NCBI GenBank assembly: GCA_017937625.1
Contig: JAGBDG010000047.1
Coordinates: 1-50,531 of the forward strand
From: Muribaculaceae bacterium
GTDB lineage: Bacteria > Bacteroidota > Bacteroidia > Bacteroidales > Muribaculaceae
DNA: 50,531 nucleotides
Direction: 5' to 3'
The notes below the pieces were generated by a model, which had not been told where the DNA came from, did not search any database, and worked only from the letters and a program-made list of their open reading frames with translations. Each line of letters starts with the position of its first letter. Position 1 is the stretch's first letter. This document shows positions 37,314 through 47,601 of the stretch, one piece after another. Position numbers and translations under genes: made by a program.

Positions 37314-40280
37314 TTAGAAGTTAATACCGAGATTGATGGAGTATGTGCGCGGGCGCGGATATGTCGAGTTGTCGATACCCCATGAGTTTTCGGGATCCAC
37401 ACCTTTATATTTGGTGATGGTGAAGACATTCTGCACCATCGCAGAGATGTGGAGGTCGAGAGTCTTGTAGATGCGTCCGAAGTTATAGGTCAGCTGGAGA
37501 TTGTCCATCTTGAGGAAAGAGGCATTCTCGATGTAGTAGTCGGTGGGATACTGGCGCTGGCGGAAATGGGTGTCGAGGAACGACGAGGCGAGATTGTTGA
37601 CCGAGCCGGAGCTCCATGATGTGCATTCCCATGCGCCCATGTTGGCTGCCCAGCCGTTGTAGAGATAGTTGCCGAGCTGGGCGCGGAGCGATGTGCTGAG
37701 TGTCCATTTCTTGTAGCGCAGCGAAGTGCTGAGACCGAAGATCCAGTCGGGATGTGAGTTGTGATAGTAGTACTGGTCGTCGGTGTCTATTTTACCGTCG
37801 CCGTTGAGGTCGGCGTACATGCCTTCTATGGGTCGTCCGGTCTCGCTGTCGTAGATCTGTTTGTACACTTTGAAGGTGTGGGGAGCATAGCCGGTCTTGA
37901 ATACCATGACAGGTGTCGATTCCATATATCCGACGAATGTGTCCGACGAATTAGCCTCGGGAGTGAGGTTGAGGTTGGTAATCTTGTTCTCGAGCCATGT
38001 GGCGTTGAAGGTGGCGGTCCAGCTCCAGTCGCGGTTCTCGATGATGTTTGCGTTCAGGGCAATCTCGACACCCTTCGAGCTGATGTTGCCTACGTTTGTA
38101 AGCATCGTTTTGTCGAAGTTGATGCCAGCGGGGATAGGTACTGTGGCAAGAAGGTCTTCGGTCTTGCGGGTGAAGTAGTCGACGGTACCGCTGAACCGGT
38201 TGTTGAGGAATCCGAAGTCGATGCCGAAGTTCCAGCTCCTGGTGGTCTCCCAGCGGAGGTTGCTGTTGTATGCCTGCGGGCGCATGGTGGGTATCCACTT
38301 GCCGTTGAATATATAGTATGCGCCTTCGAGGCTCTGGGTGTAGTTGGGGATGTATGCGTAGTTGGCGATACCGTCCTGCTGACCGGTCACACCGTAGCTT
38401 GCGCGTATCTTAAGGTCGTTCATCACTGGACGAATGCTCTCGAAGAAGTCTTCGCTTGCCACGCGCCATGCGAGCGCCACCGAGGGGAAGGAGCCCCAGC
38501 GGTTTTCTTTTGCGAAGCGCGAGCTGCCGTCGCGGCGCATTGTGGCTGTGAGGAGGTAGCGGCTGTTGAAGGTGTAGTTGACGCGACCGTAGTAGGAAAG
38601 GAGGGTATGGCGCTCGTCGTAAGGTGATGTCATGTTCACCTGTTCGCCGGCGTCGTTGAAGGTCGGGTAGGCGGGATAGTCGTTGCGCCAGTACTGGTAG
38701 TCGTAGCCGACGGTAACGTCGAGGCTCGACTTGATGGCGTCGAAGTCTTTGTTATAGTTGGCGTATGCTGTGAGCAGACGGTTGTAGTTGTTCTGCGGTC
38801 CCATTTCGTAGTGGTAGCCGCCGGAGTTGTAGCCTTCGAAGCTGTTCATGGGCTGGTCGACGGTACGTTTGCCGTGCGAGTAGTCGTAGCCGCCGGTTAC
38901 GTGCAGGCGCAGTTCGGGCAGGGGATGCAGGCGGTAGTCGAGGTCGATGTTGCCTACGAAACGGTATACTTTCGATTTGTTGGTATTGTTCATGATCATG
39001 CCCATCGGGTTGGCAAGAGCGCCCTGCCCGGGATGTCCGGCGCCGTCGATGACTTCATGGAAGCCGCCGAATTTGTCGGGATCGTTGCTGTAGACAGGCT
39101 GTGTGGGGTCGTAGGCTCCTGCGTTCCAGATGGCGCCGCTGTTCGCCGAGCGGTTGTCGGCGAATGTTCCTTTGCCACTGATGTTGACACGCAGATGGTC
39201 GTTGAAGAAGCTCGGGGTGAGGTTGACGTTGGCGGTGTAGCGTGTAGAGTTGTCGGTGCGGAGAATACCGTCCTGGTACATGGCGCCGAGGCTAACGCGG
39301 AAAGGCAGCCATGATGTGGCGCGTCCGCTGACGCTGATGTTGTTGTCGGTGCCGAAAGCGGTCTTGAATATTTCCTTGTTCCAGTCGGTGCGAGCGTTGC
39401 CGAGCAACGACAGTTGTGCGGGAGTGCCGAACTGCTCGACGGCGCTTCTGAACTCGTCGACAGAGAGGTTCGACGCGAATTTGGCAGCGTGCGAAACCGA
39501 GTTGGTGGTCGAGAAAGATACTTTCACTCCTTCGCCTGAGCCTTTTTTCGTTGTAATGATTATGACGCCGTTCGAAGCTCGCGAACCGTAGATAGCGGTC
39601 GATGACGCATCCTTGAGAATGGTCATGCTTTCGATGTCGTTAGGGTTTATGAGGCTGAGGAAATTGCCGCTGCCTTCGACTCCGCCGCCCACTTCCATGG
39701 GAACTCCGTCGAGGACGATAAGGGGGTCGTTGGAGGCGTTGAGCGATGCTCCGCCGCGCACGCGGATGGTCGTGCCGCCGTTAGGCGAACCGCCGTTGTT
39801 GGTGATCTGGACGCCGGCTATTTTGCCGTTGATGAGTTCTTCAGGCGAGGAGATGACACCTTTGTTGAAGTCTTTCTCGCCGACAGACGCTACAGCGCCG
39901 GTGAGATCGTCTTTCTTTCGTGTGCCGTAGCCGATGACCACAACCTCGTCGAGCACCTTGTTGTCTTCTTCGAGGACAACATCGAGACGGTTGCCGGTGA
40001 TGTCGGCTGTTTTGGGTGTGTAGCCCACGTATGTAAAGCGCAGTTTGCCGACACTCTGGGCTATTTTGATTGTGTAGTTGCCGTCAACGTCGGTGACAAC
40101 GCCGGCGTTTCCGTCGACAGCCTGCACGGATACTCCGATAAGAGGTTCTCCGGTGGCGTCAGTAACAGTGCCTGTCACAGTGCGGGTCTGGGCATACGAC
40201 AATGCCGGAAGACCGCAGATGGCAAGCAACAGGAGCATACGGCACAGGAGTCCGGATGCTTTTTGTCTTACTTCTTTCAT
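37314..40280 (-). CDS. susC: SusC/RagA TonB-dependent transporter (galactan PUL)
   Basis: GEPLIGVSV, LDEVVVIGYG, INPNDIESMTILKDASSTAIYGSRASNGVIIITTK, RRDGSSRF, YPRPRT...INF; start ATG 40280. Confidence 0.96.
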   Translation of the reverse strand: MKEVRQKASGLLCRMLLLLAICGLPALSYAQTRTVTGTVTDATGEPLIGVSVQAVDGNAGVVTDVDGNYTIKIAQSVGKLRFTYVGYTPKTADITGNRLDVVLEEDNKVLDEVVVIGYGTRKKDDLTGAVASVGEKDFNKGVISSPEELINGKIAGVQITNNGGSPNGGTTIRVRGGASLNASNDPLIVLDGVPMEVGGGVEGSGNFLSLINPNDIESMTILKDASSTAIYGSRASNGVIIITTKKGSGEGVKVSFSTTNSVSHAAKFASNLSVDEFRSAVEQFGTPAQLSLLGNARTDWNKEIFKTAFGTDNNISVSGRATSWLPFRVSLGAMYQDGILRTDNSTRYTANVNLTPSFFNDHLRVNISGKGTFADNRSANSGAIWNAGAYDPTQPVYSNDPDKFGGFHEVIDGAGHPGQGALANPMGMIMNNTNKSKVYRFVGNIDLDYRLHPLPELRLHVTGGYDYSHGKRTVDQPMNSFEGYNSGGYHYEMGPQNNYNRLLTAYANYNKDFDAIKSSLDVTVGYDYQYWRNDYPAYPTFNDAGEQVNMTSPYDERHTLLSYYGRVNYTFNSRYLLTATMRRDGSSRFAKENRWGSFPSVALAWRVASEDFFESIRPVMNDLKIRASYGVTGQQDGIANYAYIPNYTQSLEGAYYIFNGKWIPTMRPQAYNSNLRWETTRSWNFGIDFGFLNNRFSGTVDYFTRKTEDLLATVPIPAGINFDKTMLTNVGNISSKGVEIALNANIIENRDWSWTATFNATWLENKITNLNLTPEANSSDTFVGYMESTPVMVFKTGYAPHTFKVYKQIYDSETGRPIEGMYADLNGDGKIDTDDQYYYHNSHPDWIFGLSTSLRYKKWTLSTSLRAQLGNYLYNGWAANMGAWECTSWSSGSVNNLASSFLDTHFRQRQYPTDYYIENASFLKMDNLQLTYNFGRIYKTLDLHISAMVQNVFTITKYKGVDPENSWGIDNSTYPRPRTYSINLGINF

Positions 40281-40343
40281 TTTGGAAATGGTATGTTGGT
40301 TAAGGTAAACGATTGATTCACACATGTCGTATTTTCGACAATG

Positions 40344-40410
40344 CAAAGATAGCTAACAGCTATGAATCATATCATTACCAATCGGACAAAGAAAGCCACA
40401 AAACGGACAA
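40344..40410 (-). promoter_or_regulatory. susC promoter with candidate HTCS operator
   Basis: caaagata at 40344-40351 (TATCTTTG on -); direct repeat cggacaa at 40383 and 40404 (21-bp period). Confidence 0.65.
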
Positions 40411-40425
40411 TGCGGCTGCTTTGTC

Positions 40426-43400
40426 TTATTCTGCCTTTTCCGAAGAGCGCTTGGCGTACTCGCTGGGCGTGCATCCGTATTCAGCCTGAAAACACTTCGA
40501 GAAGTACGACGAAGTCTTGAATCCGACCATGTACATTATTTCCGAAACGGTGAATTTCTGCTGTTCAAGAAGCATCGCTGCCTTGCGCAGACGCATGCGG
40601 CGGATATAGTCTACCGGTGAGTCGCCTATATATTTCTTGACGAGACGGTAGAGGTTCTTTGTACTTATGCCGCTCTGCTCGGCAAGGGCGCTGACGTTAA
40701 GGTCGGGATCGGACATGTTGTCCTCGATGATCTTCGACACTTTCATAAGCTGTTTTTCCGACACCGACTCAATCTCGACCGGCTTTGGCGTCGACATCTC
40801 CTCGATGCGTACCGCCTGACGCATCTTTTCGCGTGCGGCGAGCAGCTGCCCCACGCGCGCAACCAGTGTCTGAGGCTCGAAAGGCTTGGGCATGAAGGCG
40901 TCTATGCCCAGACGCACGCTCTCGGTCTCGGTGGCGTTGTCGGTCTTTGCCGTCAGCATGATCACAGGTACGGTGCTCAGGCGCGGGTTCTCCTTCATGC
41001 GTCGCACCATGTCGAGACCGCTCATCGCGGGCATCATCTGGTCGGCTATGACGAGGTCGGGGTTGAACGACGAAGCCATGGCAAGACCCGAGCGTCCGTT
41101 ACCGGCAATGGCGCAGTTGTATTTTTCAGACAGCGTCTCGCTGATAAGCTCGGCGATAGACGCATTGTCCTCCACAATCAGCACCTTGGGCAACGACGGG
41201 TCTGCCTGGGCAGCGACGGCGCTCTCGCCCTGGGCGTCGCTCGGAGCGAGTGGCAGGGTGATTATGAATGTCGTGCCTTCGTTCTCGCGGCTGTAGAGGC
41301 TGATAGTGCCGTGGTGTAGCTCAAGGTACTTCTTGATGAGGTAGAGACCTATTCCGGTGCCCTCGCGCAGTCCCGCCGTGCGCGACGAGCGGTACATGCG
41401 TTCGAACACGAGCGACTGCTCGGCTGCCGGTATGCCCATGCCGTCATCCGACACGATAAGCTCGAGCCTTCCGTTTTTTTCGCTGACGCTGAGCGATATG
41501 GTGGCGTTGTCGTCGGAGTATTTGCATGCGTTGGAAAGCAGATTGTTGACAATCGACTCAAGCTTTACGGCATCAGCCTCTATGATGATGGGGCGGTCGG
41601 GCGCGTGGAGGACGAAGTTTTTGTCGGCGTGGTTCTCGCGGTAGCTCTCGAATATAGAGCGGCAGAACTCGACGGCGTCGAAGCGCGACATGATGAGCAG
41701 CGTGTCGTCGTCGCTGTCGAGCGTTTTCAGCTCTATGGTGCGGTGTATGAGGTTGTTGAGTTTCAGGGCGTTGTCGTACACCATGTCGAGCGAGCGTTTT
41801 TCCGCAGGATCTTTCACTTTTTCCCTCAGGCGGCTCACTGGCGCTATGATGAGCGACAGAGGTGTCTTGAGGTCATGCGATATGTCGGAGAGGAACGTGA
41901 GCCTGTTCTCGGCAGCCTTGATGGCGCGCTCGCGGTCGGCATCGGCTATCCGCCGGCTTGCGCGTCGGCGCAGCCACAGCACAAGCATGAGTATCGCACC
42001 GCCGGCGAGGATGACATATAGCGCAATCGCCCATGCCGACAGGTACCACGGCGGCAGCACGCGAAGATTGAAACGGTAGACAGGAGAGCCCGGAAGCGCC
42101 AGGCGTACGCCTATGTGGTGCGTGCCTATGCTCATGTTGGAAAAACGGAGTACATTGCTTCCTTCGGGCAGCGGTGTCCAGTCTCCGACGGTGTCGCTCT
42201 CGTTTTTCATAATCTTGTAGGCGAAGTGCTGCATCTCAGGGGCATAGTCGAGCGTCGATACGGTCAGCTCTATCGAGCCGTCGGAGTCCACTTCGAAATA
42301 TCCCTCTTTGCCGGTTTCAGTGAAGGTCTCTTCTCCGTCGCTGCGGATAAGACGTATGTTGCCGCCGCGCGAGAGCTTCCTGAGGTTGGCAAGGTCGACG
42401 GTGACTATCTCGTCGACAGCGCCAAGGACTACGTTTCCGTTCTTGCGGTCGTCATATATGGAAGTGTACAGTTTGGACGGCAGCGCGAGAGGACCGACAG
42501 AGAAATCGGTGCCGTTCGCTTTCCAGACATCATAGACGGTGGAGAACCACATGTCGTCGCCCACCGGTTCCATCGCCATGACATAGTCGTCGCTGTCGTT
42601 CATGGGTATACGGCATTCGCCCAGGACGTTGCCGTCGCTGTCGAGCACAGTGGCGCCGCAGTAGTAGCCGCACCATATCCGCCCGCGGCTGTCGGTGGTG
42701 ACAAGAGTGGGATATTCGCCGCTGATTTCTTTGATGTCTATCCTTTTTATGGCGCCTGTCCGCGAGTCGATGCGTATCAGTGCGTTGTCGCGGAACAGCA
42801 GTACCCATTTGTTGCCTTTTCTGTCCTTTATCACATTGCTCACGAAGTCGTTGGCGAGTCCGTCGTTCGCCGTGATGACGCGGTCGGCGACGACGGTTCC
42901 TCCGCCGGGACGCAGCTTGTTTTTTGCTATTATGTGTATGCCGCCGAGATAGCTGCCTGTGAGGAGGCTGTCGCCGTCCTCTACGATGCTGTAAACCCAG
43001 TTGGCGTTGTAGTGTCCGGTGCTGTCGGTGATGTGATATGGAATGAAACGGTCTGCCGCGCGGTCATAGAGGTTTACGCCGCCGTCGGTGGCTACCCATA
43101 GCTTGCCTGAGCTGTCCTCCATAATGTCGCGCACTCGTTTGTGCGACAGCGGCTTCAGACTCCCCGGCGCATAGCGTTCGGCGCTTCCGTCTGCGCCCAT
43201 GCGCAAAAGTCCGTTCTGTCCGCCCGCCCATAGGTCGCCGCGGCTGTCGCGGTAGATGGCGTGCATGCGGTTGCCCTCGCGGTTGTCGACAATCATGTCG
43301 AGCCTGCGCGAGCGCGCCACCTCGGAGTCGGATGCCATTGAGACGCCGGTTTCGGTGCCTGCCCACACATTTCCCTTTCTGTCGGTCATGAGCGACCATA

Positions 43401-44268
43401 TCTCGTTGTCGGCTATTGACTGGCGGTCGCTCGAGTCGTGGCGGTAGCGGTATGTGGAGTCGCCGTCGCGTATGATAAGTCCGGCATCGGTGCCGACAAG
43501 GAGCTTGCCGCCGTCGGCTGGCGCAAGCGATTTTATGGTGAGACCGTCGAAACGGCTGTCATTCTCGGCTTTGTCGCTCACGGGGTTGAAATGTATCAGT
43601 GCGCCCTCGGTTCCGAGCCACAGGCTGCCGTCGGTGTCCTCGGCAATGGCGTTCACGAAGAGATTGCCTCCGTTTTTAGCAGCGCATTTCACGTCCACCG
43701 GTTCGAAAACGCCCTTGGCGACATTCCAGCGGGCGAGACCGTCGTACGTGCCGGCGTAGATGACTCCGCGGCGGTCGCGCAGGAGCGTATAGACCGATTT
43801 ATGGGGAAGTCCCTGCGATATGTCGCGCAGACTGCCGTCCTTGAGGTTATATAGAAATACGTTGTAGAGACTGCCTATGAGCAGTTCGTCGCCATTGAGC
43901 AGCAATGAGCGTATCTCCATGGGGAAATCGCCTTCCGGAAAACTTATCCTGCCCGTGGAGAGGTCGTAGGTAAAGATGCCGTTGTTCGTGCCGGCGTAAA
44001 GCTTGCCGTCGTACTCGATTATGGAATAGATCTGCGCGTTGTTCGCTCCTGTCGGGTCGGCGGGGAAAGTCGAGAAGCCGTCATAGCCGAAAAGTCCGTT
44101 GTTGGTACCTACCCACACCAGCCCCCGGCTGTCAGTAAACAGCGAGAAAACAGCCATCTGGCGTCCGCGGACATCCACATTGTTCCATAACAGTCCATTT
44201 TCCGCAGTCTTCGCGATAGCGGAAAGCATGGTGAGCAGAAAGATTATGACGAGTACGACTTTGCGCAT
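40426..44268 (-). CDS. Hybrid two-component system sensor-regulator (beta-propeller, HisKA, HATPase, REC, AraC HTH)
   Basis: Reg_prop repeats (D..G.LW.GT), PPWY + TM, SHDLKTPL, NLLSNACKY, GTGIGL, VLIVEDN, DQMMP, VGFKTSSYFSKCF; start ATG 44268. Confidence 0.95.
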   Translation of the reverse strand: MRKVVLVIIFLLTMLSAIAKTAENGLLWNNVDVRGRQMAVFSLFTDSRGLVWVGTNNGLFGYDGFSTFPADPTGANNAQIYSIIEYDGKLYAGTNNGIFTYDLSTGRISFPEGDFPMEIRSLLLNGDELLIGSLYNVFLYNLKDGSLRDISQGLPHKSVYTLLRDRRGVIYAGTYDGLARWNVAKGVFEPVDVKCAAKNGGNLFVNAIAEDTDGSLWLGTEGALIHFNPVSDKAENDSRFDGLTIKSLAPADGGKLLVGTDAGLIIRDGDSTYRYRHDSSDRQSIADNEIWSLMTDRKGNVWAGTETGVSMASDSEVARSRRLDMIVDNREGNRMHAIYRDSRGDLWAGGQNGLLRMGADGSAERYAPGSLKPLSHKRVRDIMEDSSGKLWVATDGGVNLYDRAADRFIPYHITDSTGHYNANWVYSIVEDGDSLLTGSYLGGIHIIAKNKLRPGGGTVVADRVITANDGLANDFVSNVIKDRKGNKWVLLFRDNALIRIDSRTGAIKRIDIKEISGEYPTLVTTDSRGRIWCGYYCGATVLDSDGNVLGECRIPMNDSDDYVMAMEPVGDDMWFSTVYDVWKANGTDFSVGPLALPSKLYTSIYDDRKNGNVVLGAVDEIVTVDLANLRKLSRGGNIRLIRSDGEETFTETGKEGYFEVDSDGSIELTVSTLDYAPEMQHFAYKIMKNESDTVGDWTPLPEGSNVLRFSNMSIGTHHIGVRLALPGSPVYRFNLRVLPPWYLSAWAIALYVILAGGAILMLVLWLRRRASRRIADADRERAIKAAENRLTFLSDISHDLKTPLSLIIAPVSRLREKVKDPAEKRSLDMVYDNALKLNNLIHRTIELKTLDSDDDTLLIMSRFDAVEFCRSIFESYRENHADKNFVLHAPDRPIIIEADAVKLESIVNNLLSNACKYSDDNATISLSVSEKNGRLELIVSDDGMGIPAAEQSLVFERMYRSSRTAGLREGTGIGLYLIKKYLELHHGTISLYSRENEGTTFIITLPLAPSDAQGESAVAAQADPSLPKVLIVEDNASIAELISETLSEKYNCAIAGNGRSGLAMASSFNPDLVIADQMMPAMSGLDMVRRMKENPRLSTVPVIMLTAKTDNATETESVRLGIDAFMPKPFEPQTLVARVGQLLAAREKMRQAVRIEEMSTPKPVEIESVSEKQLMKVSKIIEDNMSDPDLNVSALAEQSGISTKNLYRLVKKYIGDSPVDYIRRMRLRKAAMLLEQQKFTVSEIMYMVGFKTSSYFSKCFQAEYGCTPSEYAKRSSEKAE

Positions 44269-44273
44269 GAGAT

Positions 44274-45509
44274 TTATATTTTTAACTTGATTCTGAGCAG
44301 TTCGAAGAGTCCGGTTATCCAGATGCACAGCAGCGAGAAGAAGGCGCAGTTCAGGAGTCCCGTAACGCCTTCCTTGAAAAAGTCGATGTTGATGCCGGTG
44401 AGATTGTCGATGCCGTAGAGCACGTAGGGGATGATATATGCCGTCAGCGTCGCCGTTCCTGCAGGCTTGATGATGCGGAACCAGGCGGAGCATCCGTGCG
44501 ACGCGAGCCACGAGAACAGCCCGTACAATCCTGTGGCGATGGCTGTTGCGAAGCATACCCAGGGGAGGGTAGCGGCAATTTTCGAAACTATGTAAAAATG
44601 ATGCGCCGCAATGCCGGCAACCACAAATACTGCGGCGAGCCCCAGCGAGGCAAGAAGCTTTTTTGACTCGCCGACGTTGCAGAAGCGTACGCTCATCACC
44701 GACAGAACGACGCCTCCCATGGTCATGGCGCACAGACCGCCGTTGCCCACATGGATATTCCAAAGGAAGGCGCCGAGGAAGTTGCCGTCGGGGAAATCGA
44801 GAATCGGACGGGAGCCGTATGCCTCGTTGAGCGGGGACGTCAATATGTTTATCGCGATGAACACCGCCCATACGGCAAGCAGCCGCACCGGACGGTCGCG
44901 CACTATCAGATATGTGACCGCGCAGATGAGATATGCCCAGGCGATGAGTCCGAGAATGCTTGTGCGGAATCCGAACACGTTGCCTTCGCCGTTGCGGAAG
45001 GTAAGCATAAGATAGATCAGTATCGCTGCGCCGGCGGTTTTAAAACCGGTGAACAGGTGGCGCTGCCATCTGACATCGGTGCGCGGGTATTGGTTCCATA
45101 CTCCTATGAACCCGACGAACATCAGCAGCCAGTATGTGCCCATCGAGTATGGCGCATCCTCTGAAATCCATCCTTCCGAGTTGCCCAGGAACGCGCCCAT
45201 GACAAGGAGGGCGAAGGAACGGGTGAGAATGTGCAGGAGGGTAGAGGCGTCGCTGTATCCTTTGGCGCTGCGGCGTTCTATCGCGTAGGGTATCGACATG
45301 CCGACAGCAAAAAGGAAGCAGGGGAACACAATGTCGGCGAGTCCCATGAAATCCTCGCCCCACGCCGCATGCTCGAGCCAGTGGGGAACGCCCTCCACTT
45401 TCCAGAAGCTGTTTACAAAAATCATTATCAGGACGGTGAGTCCGCGGAGCATGTCTATCGCCGCGTTTCGTCCCGAGAAGCCTTTCTGACATTCAATGTT
45501 CGTCTTCAT
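44274..45509 (-). CDS. DUF5009 / HGSNAT-like membrane acyltransferase-family protein
   Basis: RNAAIDMLRGLT...FVN, WLEH, LADIVFPCFLFAVGMSIP, SKIAAT.PW, PAGTATLTAY; multi-TM; start ATG 45509. Confidence 0.8.
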   Translation of the reverse strand: MKTNIECQKGFSGRNAAIDMLRGLTVLIMIFVNSFWKVEGVPHWLEHAAWGEDFMGLADIVFPCFLFAVGMSIPYAIERRSAKGYSDASTLLHILTRSFALLVMGAFLGNSEGWISEDAPYSMGTYWLLMFVGFIGVWNQYPRTDVRWQRHLFTGFKTAGAAILIYLMLTFRNGEGNVFGFRTSILGLIAWAYLICAVTYLIVRDRPVRLLAVWAVFIAINILTSPLNEAYGSRPILDFPDGNFLGAFLWNIHVGNGGLCAMTMGGVVLSVMSVRFCNVGESKKLLASLGLAAVFVVAGIAAHHFYIVSKIAATLPWVCFATAIATGLYGLFSWLASHGCSAWFRIIKPAGTATLTAYIIPYVLYGIDNLTGINIDFFKEGVTGLLNCAFFSLLCIWITGLFELLRIKLKI

Positions 45510-45617
45510 AATCAGTTGTGATTGGTTGTCGGACAAAGTTACGTTCCCTGAGCGGGGTTCACTTTCAAAAATCGTCAAAAAAGGTTGATTATTTGTCGGA
45601 TTATCCAGTTTATGCCG

Positions 45618-46805
45618 TTATTCTGCCACCGGCACGGGTTTCCTACCAAAAATGCTGTCGACAATCTGCGCGATGGCTCCGTCGCCGGTGATGTTGCATG
45701 CCGTGCCGAAGCTGTCCATTGCGATGTATAGCGCTATCATCATGGCGTTGTCGGCGTCGGAGAATCCGAGTATGCTTGTGAGCAGACCGAGGGACGCCAT
45801 AATCGCGCCACCGGGTACACCGGGCGCGGCGACTATCGTTATGCCGAGCATTGCCACGAAGCCCATGAACATCACGGCGTCGAATGGCATGCCTTTGACT
45901 ATCATCAGTGCCACAGCGCATGCGACAATCTTCAGCGCCGAGCCTGACATGTGGATAGTGGCGCACAGCGGAACGACAAAGCCGGCTATGTCTCTGCTCA
46001 CGCCCATGCGGACCACGCGCTCGAGTGTCACGGGGATGGTCGCTGCCGACGACTGCGTGCCAAGCGCCGTGGCGTATGCCGGCATCATTGCCCAAAGTGC
46101 CTTGAAGGGGTTCATTCCCGAGAAAAGCGACGCCACGAGGTACTGGAGCACGAGTATGCCCACGTGGAGAACAAAGATAATGGCTATTATCTTGATGAAT
46201 GTGGCAAGCACAGGGGCGACGCTGCCCTCCACGGTCATCGAAAGGAAGATGCCGAAAATATAGAGCGGCAGCAGCGGTATGATTGCCTTGTTGATTATCA
46301 GCTTGATAAGCTCTCCGAAATCTTCGAGGACTCCCTTGAGGCGCGCCGTGCGGTCGGGAATCATGGCGCAGCCGAAACCGAGCACGAAAGCCGCGACGAG
46401 TGCCGACGTCACGCCCATGAGCGGCGGCATCGGTATCTCGAAGAAGGGCACGGGAGCGCCCGGACCGGTCTGCGCGTCGGTATAGACTGTGTCGCCGATA
46501 AGCGCCGGGAAGACTGTCTCGGCGGTGAAGTACGATATCATGCCCGAGCAGAAAGTCATGATGAAGGCTATGGCGACGGTCACGACGAGCATCGAGCCAG
46601 CACGTTTGCCAATGTCGGCGATGGCGGGCGCCACGAAGCCGACGATGAGCAGCGGGATTATGAAGTTGAGAAAGGCGCTGAATATGGCGTTGAAGGTGGC
46701 GAAAGCGCGGCAGGCAAAAGCCGGGAAAATAAATCCGCAGCCTATGCCGAGCGCTATCGCTATGACAATGCGTCCTAAAAGTCCTATTTTAATCCTGGTT
46801 TTCAT
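45618..46805 (-). CDS. Dicarboxylate/amino acid:cation symporter (SstT-like)
   Basis: ALGTQSSAATIPV, PLCATIHMSGS, AAPGVPGG, DSFGTACNITGDGA; start ATG 46805. Confidence 0.92.
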   Translation of the reverse strand: MKTRIKIGLLGRIVIAIALGIGCGFIFPAFACRAFATFNAIFSAFLNFIIPLLIVGFVAPAIADIGKRAGSMLVVTVAIAFIMTFCSGMISYFTAETVFPALIGDTVYTDAQTGPGAPVPFFEIPMPPLMGVTSALVAAFVLGFGCAMIPDRTARLKGVLEDFGELIKLIINKAIIPLLPLYIFGIFLSMTVEGSVAPVLATFIKIIAIIFVLHVGILVLQYLVASLFSGMNPFKALWAMMPAYATALGTQSSAATIPVTLERVVRMGVSRDIAGFVVPLCATIHMSGSALKIVACAVALMIVKGMPFDAVMFMGFVAMLGITIVAAPGVPGGAIMASLGLLTSILGFSDADNAMMIALYIAMDSFGTACNITGDGAIAQIVDSIFGRKPVPVAE

Positions 46806-47598
46806 CAGTGTCCGGTTTTTCCTCCGGTACAAGGCGTGCCGAGGCTTCCCAGAGGGCATAGATTGGTATGAATACGAGAAGTAAGGTGAAGGGGTCGCCT
46901 GTAGGCGTTATGATAGCCGCCACTATGAGCAGGACAACTATGGCATGGCGCCTGAAGCGTCCGAAGAAACTGCGCGTAAGCAGCCCCATCTTTCCTAAGA
47001 GCCACGCAAGCAGCGGCAGCTCGAACACGGCTCCCATCATCAGCAGGAGCGTGAAGAAGTTGTCCATATACGAGTCGAGCGACACGATGGGGCGTATCGC
47101 GGTGCTCAGCTGATATGTCGACAGAAAGCGGACGGCGAGCGGGAACACGAGGAAGTAGCCCATGGCGACGCCGAGGTAGAACATCACGTTGCCGAACAGG
47201 AAGGCACGGCGTATGCCGCGGCGTTCATTGGGGTAGAGCGCGGGCGACACGAAGCCCCAGAGCAGGTAGAGGACTATGGGGAAGCCAACGATGAGCGCTA
47301 CCCAGCACGACGCCGAGAAGTGTACGAAAATCTGCGAGGCAAGCTCGATGCTGACAACGTCGACTTTGAAAGCTTCCGATGCCTCGCCGCCGGCGAGAGC
47401 CGCTATGCGGTTGAAGATGCTGTATGTGGGGAACCCGGGGCTGCACGCCGCCATGATCACGTTGTCGAAAATCCACGGCATGGCGATGAAAGCTCCTACG
47501 GCAAGAATGCCCTCGACAAGGAAAACGCGCACCAGCACGCTCCTAAGGGCATCCAGATGTTCCCAGAAACTCGCCGATTGGGCATTGACGCTGCCCAT
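46789..47598 (-). CDS. tatC: Twin-arginine translocase subunit TatC
   Basis: SFWEHLDALR, W.FVSPALYPNE, FELP, RRHAIV....AAIITPTGDP. Confidence 0.95.
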   Translation of the reverse strand: MGSVNAQSASFWEHLDALRSVLVRVFLVEGILAVGAFIAMPWIFDNVIMAACSPGFPTYSIFNRIAALAGGEASEAFKVDVVSIELASQIFVHFSASCWVALIVGFPIVLYLLWGFVSPALYPNERRGIRRAFLFGNVMFYLGVAMGYFLVFPLAVRFLSTYQLSTAIRPIVSLDSYMDNFFTLLLMMGAVFELPLLAWLLGKMGLLTRSFFGRFRRHAIVVLLIVAAIITPTGDPFTLLLVFIPIYALWEASARLVPEEKPDTDENQD

Positions 47599-47601
47599 GG
47601 C

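Noticed and set aside
44269-44871. 201-aa N-terminal extension of the HTCS in the ORF track
   Set aside because: It overlaps the DUF5009 gene in another frame; the real signal peptide begins at MRKVVLV (44268).
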